Below the pieces are notes generated by a model, which saw only the letters and a program-made list of their open reading frames with translations, did no database searches and was not told where the DNA came from. From IMG/VR virus record IMGVR_UViG_3300029286_000011: a stretch of 64,000 nucleotides of DNA, one strand, 5' to 3'. The number at the start of each line of letters is the position of its first letter. Position 1 is the stretch's first letter. The stretch is from a virus (lineage: Duplodnaviria > Caudoviricetes). A program made the position numbers and the translations under genes. Positions 1 to 9,486 of the stretch are shown here, piece after piece.

Positions 1-466
1 GTACGTTGTCAGTGAGCACAAGCTGTCGGGGAACAGCGTTGCCAGCTCATCCATGACTTCCGCTACGTCAGCCATAGTTGGCTTACGAAGCTCCCTCAGC
101 ACATCGGACCACACATCTGCCAGCAGCATGTTATGTGCGGCACGGCAGGCTGCAAGCTGCTTCTCAACCTTGGCCACAACGCTTGCTCGTCGCTCGGTAT
201 GAACAGACACAGCGTGACTCCTTGTTGTTTGTAATGTTGGTATCACCAGCAATCTACACACCACACAGCGAATATGCCTGGCTTACGACAGACATAGCCC
301 CATTCTCGAATCACTCTACCGCAACGGTTGCATCGTTCGCCGCTACCGCGACTACGATGTGCTGACAAAACTGCCAGATAGTAACCCTCTCTATCGGGCT
401 CACATTGCCTGGGCCTTGCTGGCAGGATAGGTGGTGGTTCGTGTCCTAAAGGTGGGTACTTCATAA

Positions 467-934
467 CTACCAGCCAATTCCGTCTGCCAGTGTCTTGTGC
501 GTTCCCACACAACCCGAACGACCGCACTTCCTACAATTGACATCAACATAACACACATCGCCATCCATCTCTGTAGACAGTGAAGCCCAATCAGGAACGT
601 GTGGCTCACCATCAACAGAGCACACATCTGCGTCATCTTTATCTTTTGACATCGGCGGAATTACCGTCGGTACGTTGTTCTTGGCAAGCGCGTCTACGTT
701 CCACCGAACTTCCCAGTCTGCACTTGGCAGCCACCACAGACAAACTCCCTCGTAGCCGGGATAGTAAAAGCCCGGCGTACCTTTCTGACTGATCACGTAC
801 TCCAGTGACTCGTGTTTGAACTCATAGGGGTGAGGCGTCGACCCGTCCGGAGTCAAACACGCAATCTCGTGCAGCTTGGCATACTGTCGAAGTGTTAGCC
901 CTGTTTCCTTATGAATGATGCCAAAGAGCTTCAT
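467..934 (-). CDS. hypothetical protein with C-terminal CxxC motif
   Basis: 155-aa ORF, co-oriented with neighbours, lies just downstream of a terminator; CRKCGRSGC near C-terminus. Confidence 0.6.
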   Translation of the reverse strand: MKLFGIIHKETGLTLRQYAKLHEIACLTPDGSTPHPYEFKHESLEYVISQKGTPGFYYPGYEGVCLWWLPSADWEVRWNVDALAKNNVPTVIPPMSKDKDDADVCSVDGEPHVPDWASLSTEMDGDVCYVDVNCRKCGRSGCVGTHKTLADGIGW

Positions 935-968
935 CGCGCACCTTTGTTGAATGTAGTGACGTTAAATG

Positions 969-994
969 CAAAAGGGACGCAACAAGCGTCCCTT
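969..994 (-). terminator. Rho-independent terminator
   Basis: AAGGGACGC-aacaa-GCGTCCCTT stem; the A-run on + gives a U-tract on the minus strand after the 1017..1688 gene. Confidence 0.7.
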
Positions 995-1016
995 ACCGAC
1001 GGCGAACTATCGTGAC

Positions 1017-1688
1017 TCAATGATAGTAGTACTGCAACATCGTGCTCAGGCTCTTGGTCTCTTCTGTCATCATGCCGTGAAAGCCAAATGACTTGGACAG
1101 ATCGAAACCTAGCCGCATTGGCTGCTCTTGCGAGAACTCCCAGGCCAGCTCAGGTGGTGCAAATTGCATGCTTGGAAGATAGCTGCGAGCATCTACGCAT
1201 GTAAAGATATCGTCCACAGCGTGATGCCAGACACGTGCGTGCGCATCTAAGACTTCTTCAGGTATTCGCGACGTGGCTTCCAATAGCCTCTTTGATCGCA
1301 AGCAAAAGCCACTGTTGCCTACGAACTGCCCATGATTCCAACTGGCTTTCGGCCACGGTGCGCCTATGTAATCATAGGCCATGAACTCGTCTTGCCACTT
1401 CTGTGCGTCCAATACAAAGCCGTCGCTCTGTACGGTCAGCACATGCGGCGTATTGACGTACGCATGCAGGTCGCGCAGCATGAATCGATTGTACCCGTCC
1501 AGCGTCATCCGTCTGGTGGCACCGTATCTGACGCTAAGATGCAGCTGCTTCGGCGGCTTATCAGAAAGCAGGATGACGTCAGCGAAGTCGATGTTGCGCA
1601 GACTGTACAGCAAAGCCTTCTGCGCGAGATCCGGATCGACGCAATCGACAGCAAGCAGCGTGACGTACGGAAGATGAAGCTTAGCCAT
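1017..1688 (-). CDS. DUF5672-like glycosyltransferase-associated protein
   Basis: HVLTVQSDGFVL...YDYIGAPW...GNSGFCLRSKRLL pattern typical of DUF5672. Confidence 0.75.
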   Translation of the reverse strand: MAKLHLPYVTLLAVDCVDPDLAQKALLYSLRNIDFADVILLSDKPPKQLHLSVRYGATRRMTLDGYNRFMLRDLHAYVNTPHVLTVQSDGFVLDAQKWQDEFMAYDYIGAPWPKASWNHGQFVGNSGFCLRSKRLLEATSRIPEEVLDAHARVWHHAVDDIFTCVDARSYLPSMQFAPPELAWEFSQEQPMRLGFDLSKSFGFHGMMTEETKSLSTMLQYYYH

Positions 1689-2430
1689 TTTTCTTAGCCC
1701 TTAGACGCTGCGCCAGTTCTCGCCCATCCGGCGTAGGATTTCCAGGCAGCAATGGAAGATAGTTTGGTTTTTGGTCAATCGTGGCAGGCTCAATGCATAG
1801 GTACGGCTTTGGAATACGTTCCTTGCATTCACCTTTTGGTTGCGACGCCGGATAGTTGCGAATCTCGGACGCATGTTTGTGTATGGCCTTTATCGTCAGC
1901 GCAGGATTACGCACGCTGTAGCCGGCCATTGCAGTGTCCCAGGCAAAGCGATTGTCGCAGCCTGGATAGCCAAACGGGAAGTCTGCAACGAGCTCCTCAC
2001 TAGGCGGTCCACGGAAGAACCATGCATCTTGTCCGTACGATATGTCCCACAGAACAATCTGGCCATCACGTCGAGTGTTCCATCTGCCGAGACAATATGC
2101 CTGCGTCTTAGTCAGACTATTGCAGGCTTCAAGGCTCTGATCAAAGTAAATGTCGCTGTTGCATATGACATTGATGTCATCGTCTGCACTAATCTCACGC
2201 AGCAACGCCAGTACCTGGCCGAAAGTTGGTCTGCCGCTTGGATGGCAACACGGCTTTAGTAAGACGGAAGACACGACAGTCAACTTGTCGTGCACAGGTA
2301 CTGGTACGTCGCTGATGACGACACAGCTATCGATAATAGGATTAGCCAGATTGGCCTGCAGGCAGTAGTCGATCTCTATCTGCCGTTCGATTTGTTTATC
2401 GACGTAGTACTGGCTGCATACGCGAATCAT
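1681..2430 (-). CDS. glycosyltransferase-like protein (GT-A fold)
   Basis: INVICNSDIYF (DxD-like), QDAWFF, GCDNRFAW motifs seen in phage GT-like proteins. Confidence 0.6.
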   Translation of the reverse strand: MIRVCSQYYVDKQIERQIEIDYCLQANLANPIIDSCVVISDVPVPVHDKLTVVSSVLLKPCCHPSGRPTFGQVLALLREISADDDINVICNSDIYFDQSLEACNSLTKTQAYCLGRWNTRRDGQIVLWDISYGQDAWFFRGPPSEELVADFPFGYPGCDNRFAWDTAMAGYSVRNPALTIKAIHKHASEIRNYPASQPKGECKERIPKPYLCIEPATIDQKPNYLPLLPGNPTPDGRELAQRLRAKKNG

Positions 2431-2433
2431 GTG

Positions 2434-3318
2434 CTACTCCTTGTCGCCCAAACGAAGAATCTTCTTCAAATCCTTGATCTCGAACTGCTCGTTCAGTATC
2501 TGGTATGCCGCAAGCGGAACGTTCACTCCGTTGTAGTCAACGAATGGCTTATCGCTCGCAGTTGTCGACCAATCAACTGCCTCGTCGTAGTTCATCTGCA
2601 CAGCGCCTGGTGAGTTCTGCCCGGCCAGCCATTTGTCGTCGTTGCCGAATGAAGATTCAGCACGACACGCCAAGCCCAGTCGCAACACGCCGTCGTGTAG
2701 ATAGCAACAATCTACAGGTCGAAGCCTAGCGCACCGACACAGATAGTGCAGGCATGCCGCCGACGGTAACCAGTAGTTGCCCTGCTCAGGGCGAGGATAG
2801 AATCGACCACGGGCATTGAACGACATGGTAATGTCTGGCATGTCAGTCGCCGCCGTCTCGATTATCATGATACCCCCATCACGGAGCATCGACCTGGCCC
2901 TCAGAAGACAGGCAAATGGGTCGAAAACGTGATAGAGAACCCCTGCGAAGACCACCACGTCGAATTTAGCCCGTCCCACGTCCTTCTGGATGTCACGGAG
3001 GCTGGTTCCCCTGACAAAGGGCAGCTTAACGCCCAGCGTGTCACGGAGGGCCTGTAAACGCGCCGCTGTGGCATTTGTTCCGTCAGGGTGTCTATCCCAG
3101 GCCAGGGCATTACCGCCATTACGCTCGACAAGAATCGAGACCATGCTTTCCATGGCTCCGATGTCTATACAGTCCTGGCCCTTGAGACGAATCTTGGACA
3201 ACAACTGCCGCACGACGGCAATGCTCGGGAAGCCGAAGCCGTTCGTGATGACGTTCGGCAGGACCTCAATCTTGTAGTACCACTGCTGTTTCCAAATTGG
3301 ATCAGATGCATCACGCAT
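2434..3318 (-). CDS. class I SAM-dependent methyltransferase (CmoB/DUF1698-like)
   Basis: CIDIGAMES motif I, FDVVVFAGVLYHVFDP, LRDGGIMIIET. Confidence 0.8.
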   Translation of the reverse strand: MRDASDPIWKQQWYYKIEVLPNVITNGFGFPSIAVVRQLLSKIRLKGQDCIDIGAMESMVSILVERNGGNALAWDRHPDGTNATAARLQALRDTLGVKLPFVRGTSLRDIQKDVGRAKFDVVVFAGVLYHVFDPFACLLRARSMLRDGGIMIIETAATDMPDITMSFNARGRFYPRPEQGNYWLPSAACLHYLCRCARLRPVDCCYLHDGVLRLGLACRAESSFGNDDKWLAGQNSPGAVQMNYDEAVDWSTTASDKPFVDYNGVNVPLAAYQILNEQFEIKDLKKILRLGDKE

Positions 3319-3321
3319 GAC

Positions 3322-3975
3322 TTAACCTTGTTTGATAAGTGACCATATACAGTCAACAACACGGACGGGTAAATGCCCTTCACCTGCGAACTGCGTAACG
3401 GCTTGCATTACAGAAGCCATATCAGCATCGTGTCCGGCTAGTACTCCTCCAGTCTTCACCTTTGGATACCACGCCTGAATATCCGCTAGCACACTTGCAT
3501 ACGTGTGCTCAGCATCAATGAACACCAGATCAACGCTACGGTCCGGAAAGTCTTCGACCGCTTTCAGCGACATGGCCTGTCGCAATGTGACTGTCTGGCC
3601 TAGGTCATACACGGCTAGTATTTCTTCGAGGTTGTCTCTAGCGTCTCGCGCAACTGCTTGCCAGAACTTCAGGTCGAGCTTCTTAGAATGCGCATCAATG
3701 CCAGTCGTGCTAACTAGATCGTCCCAGCAGTCGATACCGACAATGCGATTGTTTTGGTTTCGACACAGTTCAGCTATGTGCAACAGCCCGACGCCGCCGT
3801 AGACACCGACCTCAACTATCAGTCCGTCACGAATAGGTCCTACAAGCTGTCTATAGTACTCGCCTTGCGACGGCGTAAACCAGCCGCGCAGCTTGTGACC
3901 TCGATAGTCGTAAGTCACACCGGCGCGAATGTCCGGAATCTTCAGTTCTGTCGGGTAAGCAGTCGGCTGCAACAT
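3322..3975 (-). CDS. class I SAM-dependent methyltransferase (Methyltransf_24-like)
   Basis: IVEVGVYGG, VDLVFIDAEHTY, KVKTGGVLAGHD. Confidence 0.85.
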   Translation of the reverse strand: MLQPTAYPTELKIPDIRAGVTYDYRGHKLRGWFTPSQGEYYRQLVGPIRDGLIVEVGVYGGVGLLHIAELCRNQNNRIVGIDCWDDLVSTTGIDAHSKKLDLKFWQAVARDARDNLEEILAVYDLGQTVTLRQAMSLKAVEDFPDRSVDLVFIDAEHTYASVLADIQAWYPKVKTGGVLAGHDADMASVMQAVTQFAGEGHLPVRVVDCIWSLIKQG

Positions 3976-3984
3976 GTGAGAATC

Positions 3985-4881
3985 CTAGCTGCCGTAATCA
4001 ATGTCCGGCTCTCGCGGTGTCTCTTCCACTAGGCGAAAATAGCGCAGTGGATCCCAGGTCTTGCGCATTTCCGCTTCGTTGTAGCTAGCTGTATCGAAGA
4101 CACGATAACGGCCATCAGCTACACGTGGGCTGTTAATGGCCCGCAACACAGCTAGATTGCCTGGAGATATGTCATCCACCTCGTCTTTGTCCAGGCGGCC
4201 AGGCAATGGTGCGCACATGCCACAACGATGGCACCACCTGTCGATCTGGTCCTGATAGTGGCCTATCTCGTGATCCCACATACCAGGTTCGATCGGTTTG
4301 CCGCCAGGGCCGTGAAACAGTGAATCCATGGCACCGGCCATCTCACAGAAGAAATAGCCTTTAGGCGTCACAGAGCTAGACCAGTACCGCTGCACAGGGC
4401 ATTGCTCAATCAGCTTGGCTTGGCGCTCAGCATCAACCAGTTCCTGTACAGCCACGAGCATCGGCTGGTGCATACAGACGAGGTTGTGTTGATTGACGCT
4501 GATGTAGCCGTGTGGCAGCATAACCCGCTGAATATCATCAGCAAACTTGTGCTCTTCCCGCACCATGCCGGTCCATAGCGCACGATGCTGCTGCGGGATG
4601 TTCTCTTCCTCAAACACCCGCAGCAGCTTATCAAGCTCTGGATGCATCAACGGGTCACCACCGAAGATTCCTATCTTCTTGATGCCCTTGCTCCAGTGCT
4701 CTGGATTGCCTGGTCGTAGAACGTAGTCGCGAAGTGATCGCACAGCCTGCCTGAACTGCTCGACAGACATAACACAAGGCTTGTCGTAGTGCGGTACAAG
4801 CCGATGACAGTTGGCACAGTTGCGTGGACAAGCCGTCGTTACGTCGACGAGTATGGCCCAATGGTCACGTGGCGAAATCAT
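3985..4881 (-). CDS. radical SAM protein
   Basis: CxxxCxxC (CPRNCANC), IFGGDPLMHP, C-terminal Cys cluster (SPASM/twitch-like). Confidence 0.85.
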   Translation of the reverse strand: MISPRDHWAILVDVTTACPRNCANCHRLVPHYDKPCVMSVEQFRQAVRSLRDYVLRPGNPEHWSKGIKKIGIFGGDPLMHPELDKLLRVFEEENIPQQHRALWTGMVREEHKFADDIQRVMLPHGYISVNQHNLVCMHQPMLVAVQELVDAERQAKLIEQCPVQRYWSSSVTPKGYFFCEMAGAMDSLFHGPGGKPIEPGMWDHEIGHYQDQIDRWCHRCGMCAPLPGRLDKDEVDDISPGNLAVLRAINSPRVADGRYRVFDTASYNEAEMRKTWDPLRYFRLVEETPREPDIDYGS

Positions 4882-4928
4882 GTTTTATCTCCTGTGACCA
4901 CACTATAGCTAACTGCGATGGTAGGTGC

Positions 4929-4956
4929 GAGATGTAATTAGCGCTAATTACATCTC
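4929..4956. promoter_or_regulatory. 28-bp perfect palindrome, copy 1 of the TAATTAGCGCTAAT motif
   Basis: GAGATGTAATTAGC|GCTAATTACATCTC; supplies the TAA stop of the upstream gene and lies about 50 bp upstream of the radical SAM gene. Confidence 0.75.
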
Positions 4957-5273
4957 CACGGCTGAACACTAGTGTTGTATTCGTCGTCGCCTTCGTACCG
5001 CGTGTGTGAGTGATGTTTGTACTCTACCGGCTCGTATGTGGCATGAGCCGCGCCGAGATATACTAGCCACCCGCACACACCGCACAGAAATATAGTGCCA
5101 TAGATCAACGTGTCGTAGGCACGATATTGTTCGCCGAAGGCTGTGTTGACCTGGGCGCGCGTAACGACAGTGTCGTTGACCGTCAGCGGCAGCTGATTGC
5201 CGTAGTGCACAACAACGGCCAGGCACACCAGTGACAACAGCGCAAGAATGCAGGAGATCAAGAATCGCTTCAT
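4944..5273 (-). CDS. small membrane protein
   Basis: two hydrophobic segments; likely start MKRFLIS at 5273. Confidence 0.6.
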   Translation of the reverse strand: MKRFLISCILALLSLVCLAVVVHYGNQLPLTVNDTVVTRAQVNTAFGEQYRAYDTLIYGTIFLCGVCGWLVYLGAAHATYEPVEYKHHSHTRYEGDDEYNTSVQPWRCN

Positions 5274-5590
5274 GTTAGCAGTCCTTTCATGGTTGGTGGG
5301 CATAGCCGAATACGGGCTACAAGCTCCTCAACGAAGAGATTGTAGCCCGGCCCCTCACGAGCTGTCACCAAGTGAGAGGCTGTCGGCCACGCCTGTCTCA
5401 AGGGAATCCCGTTGGATACCTCGTACAGCCTTTATTCCCGGCTAAGGGGGCTGCGGACGATTCACGATCCCGATAAATAGGGAAATCGTCCTCAATGGCC
5501 TTGCTGCAATCACAGTAGCTGAGTGACAGCGCTACTGCCAGCAAGAGGATACAGGGCCAAATCATGAAGCACCTCGTTTGGGAGAGGCTG

Positions 5591-6076
5591 CTACTGCGGT
5601 AAACCACCCAGCATGATCGTTGAGTGGATATTGAAAATGACAGTCCCGCCGTTCACGGCCCGTTTGCAACAGCGTCCGATGGCGAACAGGTGGTGGTCGC
5701 ACAACGTATCAACGAACTGGTTTAACAGCCTCGTCGGATCTGGCAAGACGTGCGGCCCGATCAGCTGGCCAATCAACAACGGGTAAAGATCGCAATCGAA
5801 TTCGAATGCGCCGGTTGTGGCCACTCGTAGATCGTCATACTCACCGGCTCGACTACGCTGCATGGCCACGCCAAGGAAACGCTTGACGAATTCAGTGCGA
5901 AGATCAATCTCTTCCCCTGCATGGTGCAACATAACATCCACAAGCTGTGACGCTGGCTTTACGTTATCAACGTCCTGCCACACCAGGTCACCAATCTCGA
6001 TGACCGTATCAGCGCGTACGGCCGCCACAACGGGGTTCGTATCACCCCGCCTCCACCGCATCTTGTCTGCCATCAC
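5591..6076 (-). CDS. putative capsid decoration/cement-like protein
   Basis: MADKMRWRRGDTNPVVAAV...IEIGDLVWQD...FLGVAMQRSR..G...RVATTGAFEFDC resembles a protein family I recall from Planctomycetota genomes/prophages. Confidence 0.45.
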   Translation of the reverse strand: MMADKMRWRRGDTNPVVAAVRADTVIEIGDLVWQDVDNVKPASQLVDVMLHHAGEEIDLRTEFVKRFLGVAMQRSRAGEYDDLRVATTGAFEFDCDLYPLLIGQLIGPHVLPDPTRLLNQFVDTLCDHHLFAIGRCCKRAVNGGTVIFNIHSTIMLGGLPQ

Positions 6077-7072
6077 ATCTCCCTTTGTGTTACGTGTACG
6101 GCTAGTAACCGCTAGTCAGTAGCAGGAACAATATGACGACTAGCAGCAAGGCAACGATTGTTGCGTCGAACCACCACAAGAATCTCTCCACGCCTCACCT
6201 CCGTGTTTGGATGACTACTTTGTATACAGATGGCTGAACTCTTCGACTGTTGGTTTCTTCCTAAGCCGGCGCAGCGGCCATTTGATTGGATTGAACAACA
6301 CAGCATCGTTTTCGGGCACTTGTCAATCAAGATCTGTCGTATCTCAGCCTCCTGCTCAAAGCACATGCCGACGTAGGTGAGTAGGTAGCCGCACGTGGCC
6401 TCGTTACGCTGATCAAACCATGACAATAGAAGCCACATCGTAATGAAGCCAACAAAGATGAGTGAAAACGCCAGGTACATACGGGTATCTCCGTAACTGT
6501 TGTGGTGATGACTGTAAACAAAACGACGAGCCAGTACAACGGTGCGACTCTCAATATCGCCCAGCCGTACATCTACGAAACAGCTGTTGACCGTTGTACT
6601 GGCTACGTCACACACGCACACTCAAGGAGCTTCGCAATTGCTAACTGTCAAGGAGCCGTTCGCCCAGTCAGCGGAGGAGCGAGATGTCCGACTTTCGTCG
6701 GCCTGCCATTTGTGAAGACGGCTCTACGCCGCACAAGCAGCAGGGAACTTCCGAAGACTAATAGTTAGTGGAGCGTGTCAGCCTCGATCTGACTGCTGAA
6801 TTGTCCCTCGCCTGTACTTTCGCCTTGGGCTTCTCTCCTCAGCCGTGCCATGCTGGCAACAATAAGCGCATTGCGGCTGCGCTTGCCGTGTTACCAACAC
6901 CCACTCCGCTCCATAGGAAGCAACAACCGCGTGCAGAAGGATGAGCCATCCCCACGAGTGCCCGGTTTATCTCGGCAGTGGTGATCAGTCCACATAGCCT
7001 GGGCTTTTCTACTATACGCCCTTTTGGTCGTTCCACGGTTGTTGCTTTTCGGCTTACTTGTACTTCGTAAGC

Positions 7073-8134
7073 CTATCCGCCTACCCGACTGGGCACTTTC
7101 GTTTCTGTCACGTAAGTTTCAGGGTCGGGCAACGGTGTACGTGCCCACTCGATCGCCCTGTTAAACGCCTTTTCCGCTGCCAGCTTCTGCGCATCGGTGC
7201 ATTCACTCCACACACCGGATTCGAAGAAGTACCACTTGTCGGCTTCCTCTTCTCCGACGACACGTGTGACACGCTCTAGAGCCTGCTCACGTGACCTACC
7301 AATCTGCACAGTACTGGCCTTGGCTCGCACCGTAGAACCATCGCCAAAAACCTGAACAGAGCAACGTCCGATCGATAGCACTGAACGATTACCGGCCCTT
7401 TGCGAAGAATCATTGCCGGCTATCTGAACGGATTCTGACGCTGCATGCTGACATGCGTAATTACCCGCAACCTGTGTTGCGCTATAGCCTGCTCGCTGCA
7501 TTGCATACTCGTTGGCAACTTGCAGACCTCTATCGTGCGCACTTTGCAGGGCGTAATGAGTGGCAATCTGAACAGAAGACTGTGATGTCCTCTGCATTGC
7601 CTGGCTGCCGGCGTGTTGAACGGACAGCCAGCCTGATGACTGAACAGCCTGGTCAGCAGCCTGTTGGTACGAGCAGTCGCTAGACTGTTGCATGGCATAT
7701 TCGCTTGCGCACTGGACAGACGATTGTCTGGCGACCTGCGTAGAATTCCAGCCACAAGACTGCAGGGCTGATTGTGCGGCAACTTGTATCACATAGTCTC
7801 CACCGGACTGCCGCGCGCTTTCAATCCGATTATCCATCGAACAGCAGTGGTACTTGCGCCACTCAGGCAGCTCTGCACGCACACGTTGTTCAGCATCAGC
7901 TGCGTTGTACCAGTCAGGTAGATCGATCTCGGCCTGGTCTGTTCGGAACAACCAGCTATCAATCGGTAGGTCATACTGCCAGTCCTTAGGAGACAGCTCG
8001 ACACTGACGGTATTAGCGCCTCGTACGCCGGCTGAGTGCAGGTCGAACTCTTCGATAATGTCGGAGTGCCTATTGGTCTTCTTCGACCAGAACACACGGT
8101 CTTTAGTCAACACAAAGGATGCAGGGTTACACAC
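7073..8134 (-). CDS. octapeptide-repeat (beta-helix) protein
   Basis: about 19 tandem 8-aa units, nearly all starting with Q (QVAAQSAL, QSCGWNST ... QRAGYSAT, QIAGNDSS). Confidence 0.7.
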   Translation of the reverse strand: MCNPASFVLTKDRVFWSKKTNRHSDIIEEFDLHSAGVRGANTVSVELSPKDWQYDLPIDSWLFRTDQAEIDLPDWYNAADAEQRVRAELPEWRKYHCCSMDNRIESARQSGGDYVIQVAAQSALQSCGWNSTQVARQSSVQCASEYAMQQSSDCSYQQAADQAVQSSGWLSVQHAGSQAMQRTSQSSVQIATHYALQSAHDRGLQVANEYAMQRAGYSATQVAGNYACQHAASESVQIAGNDSSQRAGNRSVLSIGRCSVQVFGDGSTVRAKASTVQIGRSREQALERVTRVVGEEEADKWYFFESGVWSECTDAQKLAAEKAFNRAIEWARTPLPDPETYVTETKVPSRVGG

Positions 8135-8186
8135 AGTATTATCCTTGTACTGTTGATGGCTGTAGCTAGAGAATGTGCGTAGAAGA

Positions 8187-8993
8187 CTAGCGCTGCCAGT
8201 ATGCAGCTAGCTTATCTTCGTAGCCTTCGCCCTGAGCGAATGGCGGCTGCATGGATTTAGAGCACCACACGATGTCCGTATTGGCGCGCATGTACATATC
8301 CGCATCGATGACCCATTCGCCTGTGCTCAGTCCGCACCAAGACAGGGCAGTATGTGCCATCGTGGGTGTACGTCTGCGTTCCAATTGCAGCGTGCTGATG
8401 AAGTCCATGTAACAGAAGTAGGGTATCTCCGTGCAGCAGAAACGGACGCCATGATCTTTGGCGTCAGGTCCGTACTGTGCAATCAGCTCCCTGTGCTTCG
8501 GCCCGTTGAAGTCGAAGAAGTAGTCGTAGGGAAAGCCTACGAGCTGATTAGCTGTCTCGACAGCCTTTTCTTTAGCTATCGCAGGCAGCAACGGACGCAG
8601 TACACACGAGTAATCGCTCCAAAGCAAATGTGCAGCAGATCGCCGCACAACGCCTTCGGAGATAGCTTCCACGCACATACCATCTTCAACGGCTAGCCCC
8701 GCGTGGATAAGGGAGCCGCCTATGGCCAGATTGCTCAGATAGCCTTCGTCACGGTGCAGCAGTATGTCGCCAGGCTCTACAAGCGAGTTCGTGACATGTA
8801 GAGCCTCATCCAGCGACACCTTGTTACGCCACGAATACCATCCAAGCATGAATGGGAACTTGTCCCAGCCCAGCCAACGAAGATCGCCAGGCAGGAAGAC
8901 AAGATAGCGGAAAACCCTATGCAACAACGGCAGTTTGCTCTCAGAGTAACCTGTGCAAGCCTCAGCCAGTGTCGTAAGGGTTTTCATCTGCAT
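8187..8993 (-). CDS. permuted papain-like NlpC/P60 amidase (YiiX/YebB family)
   Basis: PGDILLHR...HAGLAV...EAISEGV...VGFPYDYFF...FCCTE; His precedes Cys. Confidence 0.8.
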   Translation of the reverse strand: MQMKTLTTLAEACTGYSESKLPLLHRVFRYLVFLPGDLRWLGWDKFPFMLGWYSWRNKVSLDEALHVTNSLVEPGDILLHRDEGYLSNLAIGGSLIHAGLAVEDGMCVEAISEGVVRRSAAHLLWSDYSCVLRPLLPAIAKEKAVETANQLVGFPYDYFFDFNGPKHRELIAQYGPDAKDHGVRFCCTEIPYFCYMDFISTLQLERRRTPTMAHTALSWCGLSTGEWVIDADMYMRANTDIVWCSKSMQPPFAQGEGYEDKLAAYWQR

Positions 8994-9005
8994 GGTGCGT
9001 CCTGC

Positions 9006-9473
9006 CTATCGAATGTCTTCCAGGTCGTACACAAACCACTTGTCGATGCATACGCCACACTTAGCCGCAGAGTCAGCTATGTCCTTCTGCCATGTCGAGC
9101 AGCATGTGACAAACGTCTTACCGTACTTGCGAATCAGGGAATAGTCTGAACCGTACTTAACGCGTTCATCGGCCAGCATGCGCTTCATAGACGCTATCGG
9201 ATCTTCGTCAAGCGCAACAGCCTCAGGCAACTGTGAGTCGGCTGGTGCGTAGCAAGATATAAACACAACCAGATCGCCATCTTCAAGCTCAAAGTCCCTG
9301 GCAACGTCTTGAAACGTCTTATCGACACCACGGCGTACAGTCACATAGAAGTCAGAGAACTTGTCACTCTCTGATCGAAGCATGTCGAACTTGAATCCGA
9401 CCGTCGAGATGATATCGGACTTATAGGCATGACAGCCCTTGACACCGTACCAAGCAATTCCGATCCCGGTCAT
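9006..9473 (-). CDS. hypothetical protein directly downstream of the 35-bp array
   Basis: 155-aa ORF with GAGG Shine-Dalgarno at 9480-9483. Confidence 0.6.
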   Translation of the reverse strand: MTGIGIAWYGVKGCHAYKSDIISTVGFKFDMLRSESDKFSDFYVTVRRGVDKTFQDVARDFELEDGDLVVFISCYAPADSQLPEAVALDEDPIASMKRMLADERVKYGSDYSLIRKYGKTFVTCCSTWQKDIADSAAKCGVCIDKWFVYDLEDIR

Positions 9474-9486
9474 TAGTACCCCTCAA

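Noticed and set aside
7073-8134. Diversity-generating retroelement target/template
   Set aside because: No reverse transcriptase and no adenine-specific TR/VR pair seen; repeats are protein-level only.
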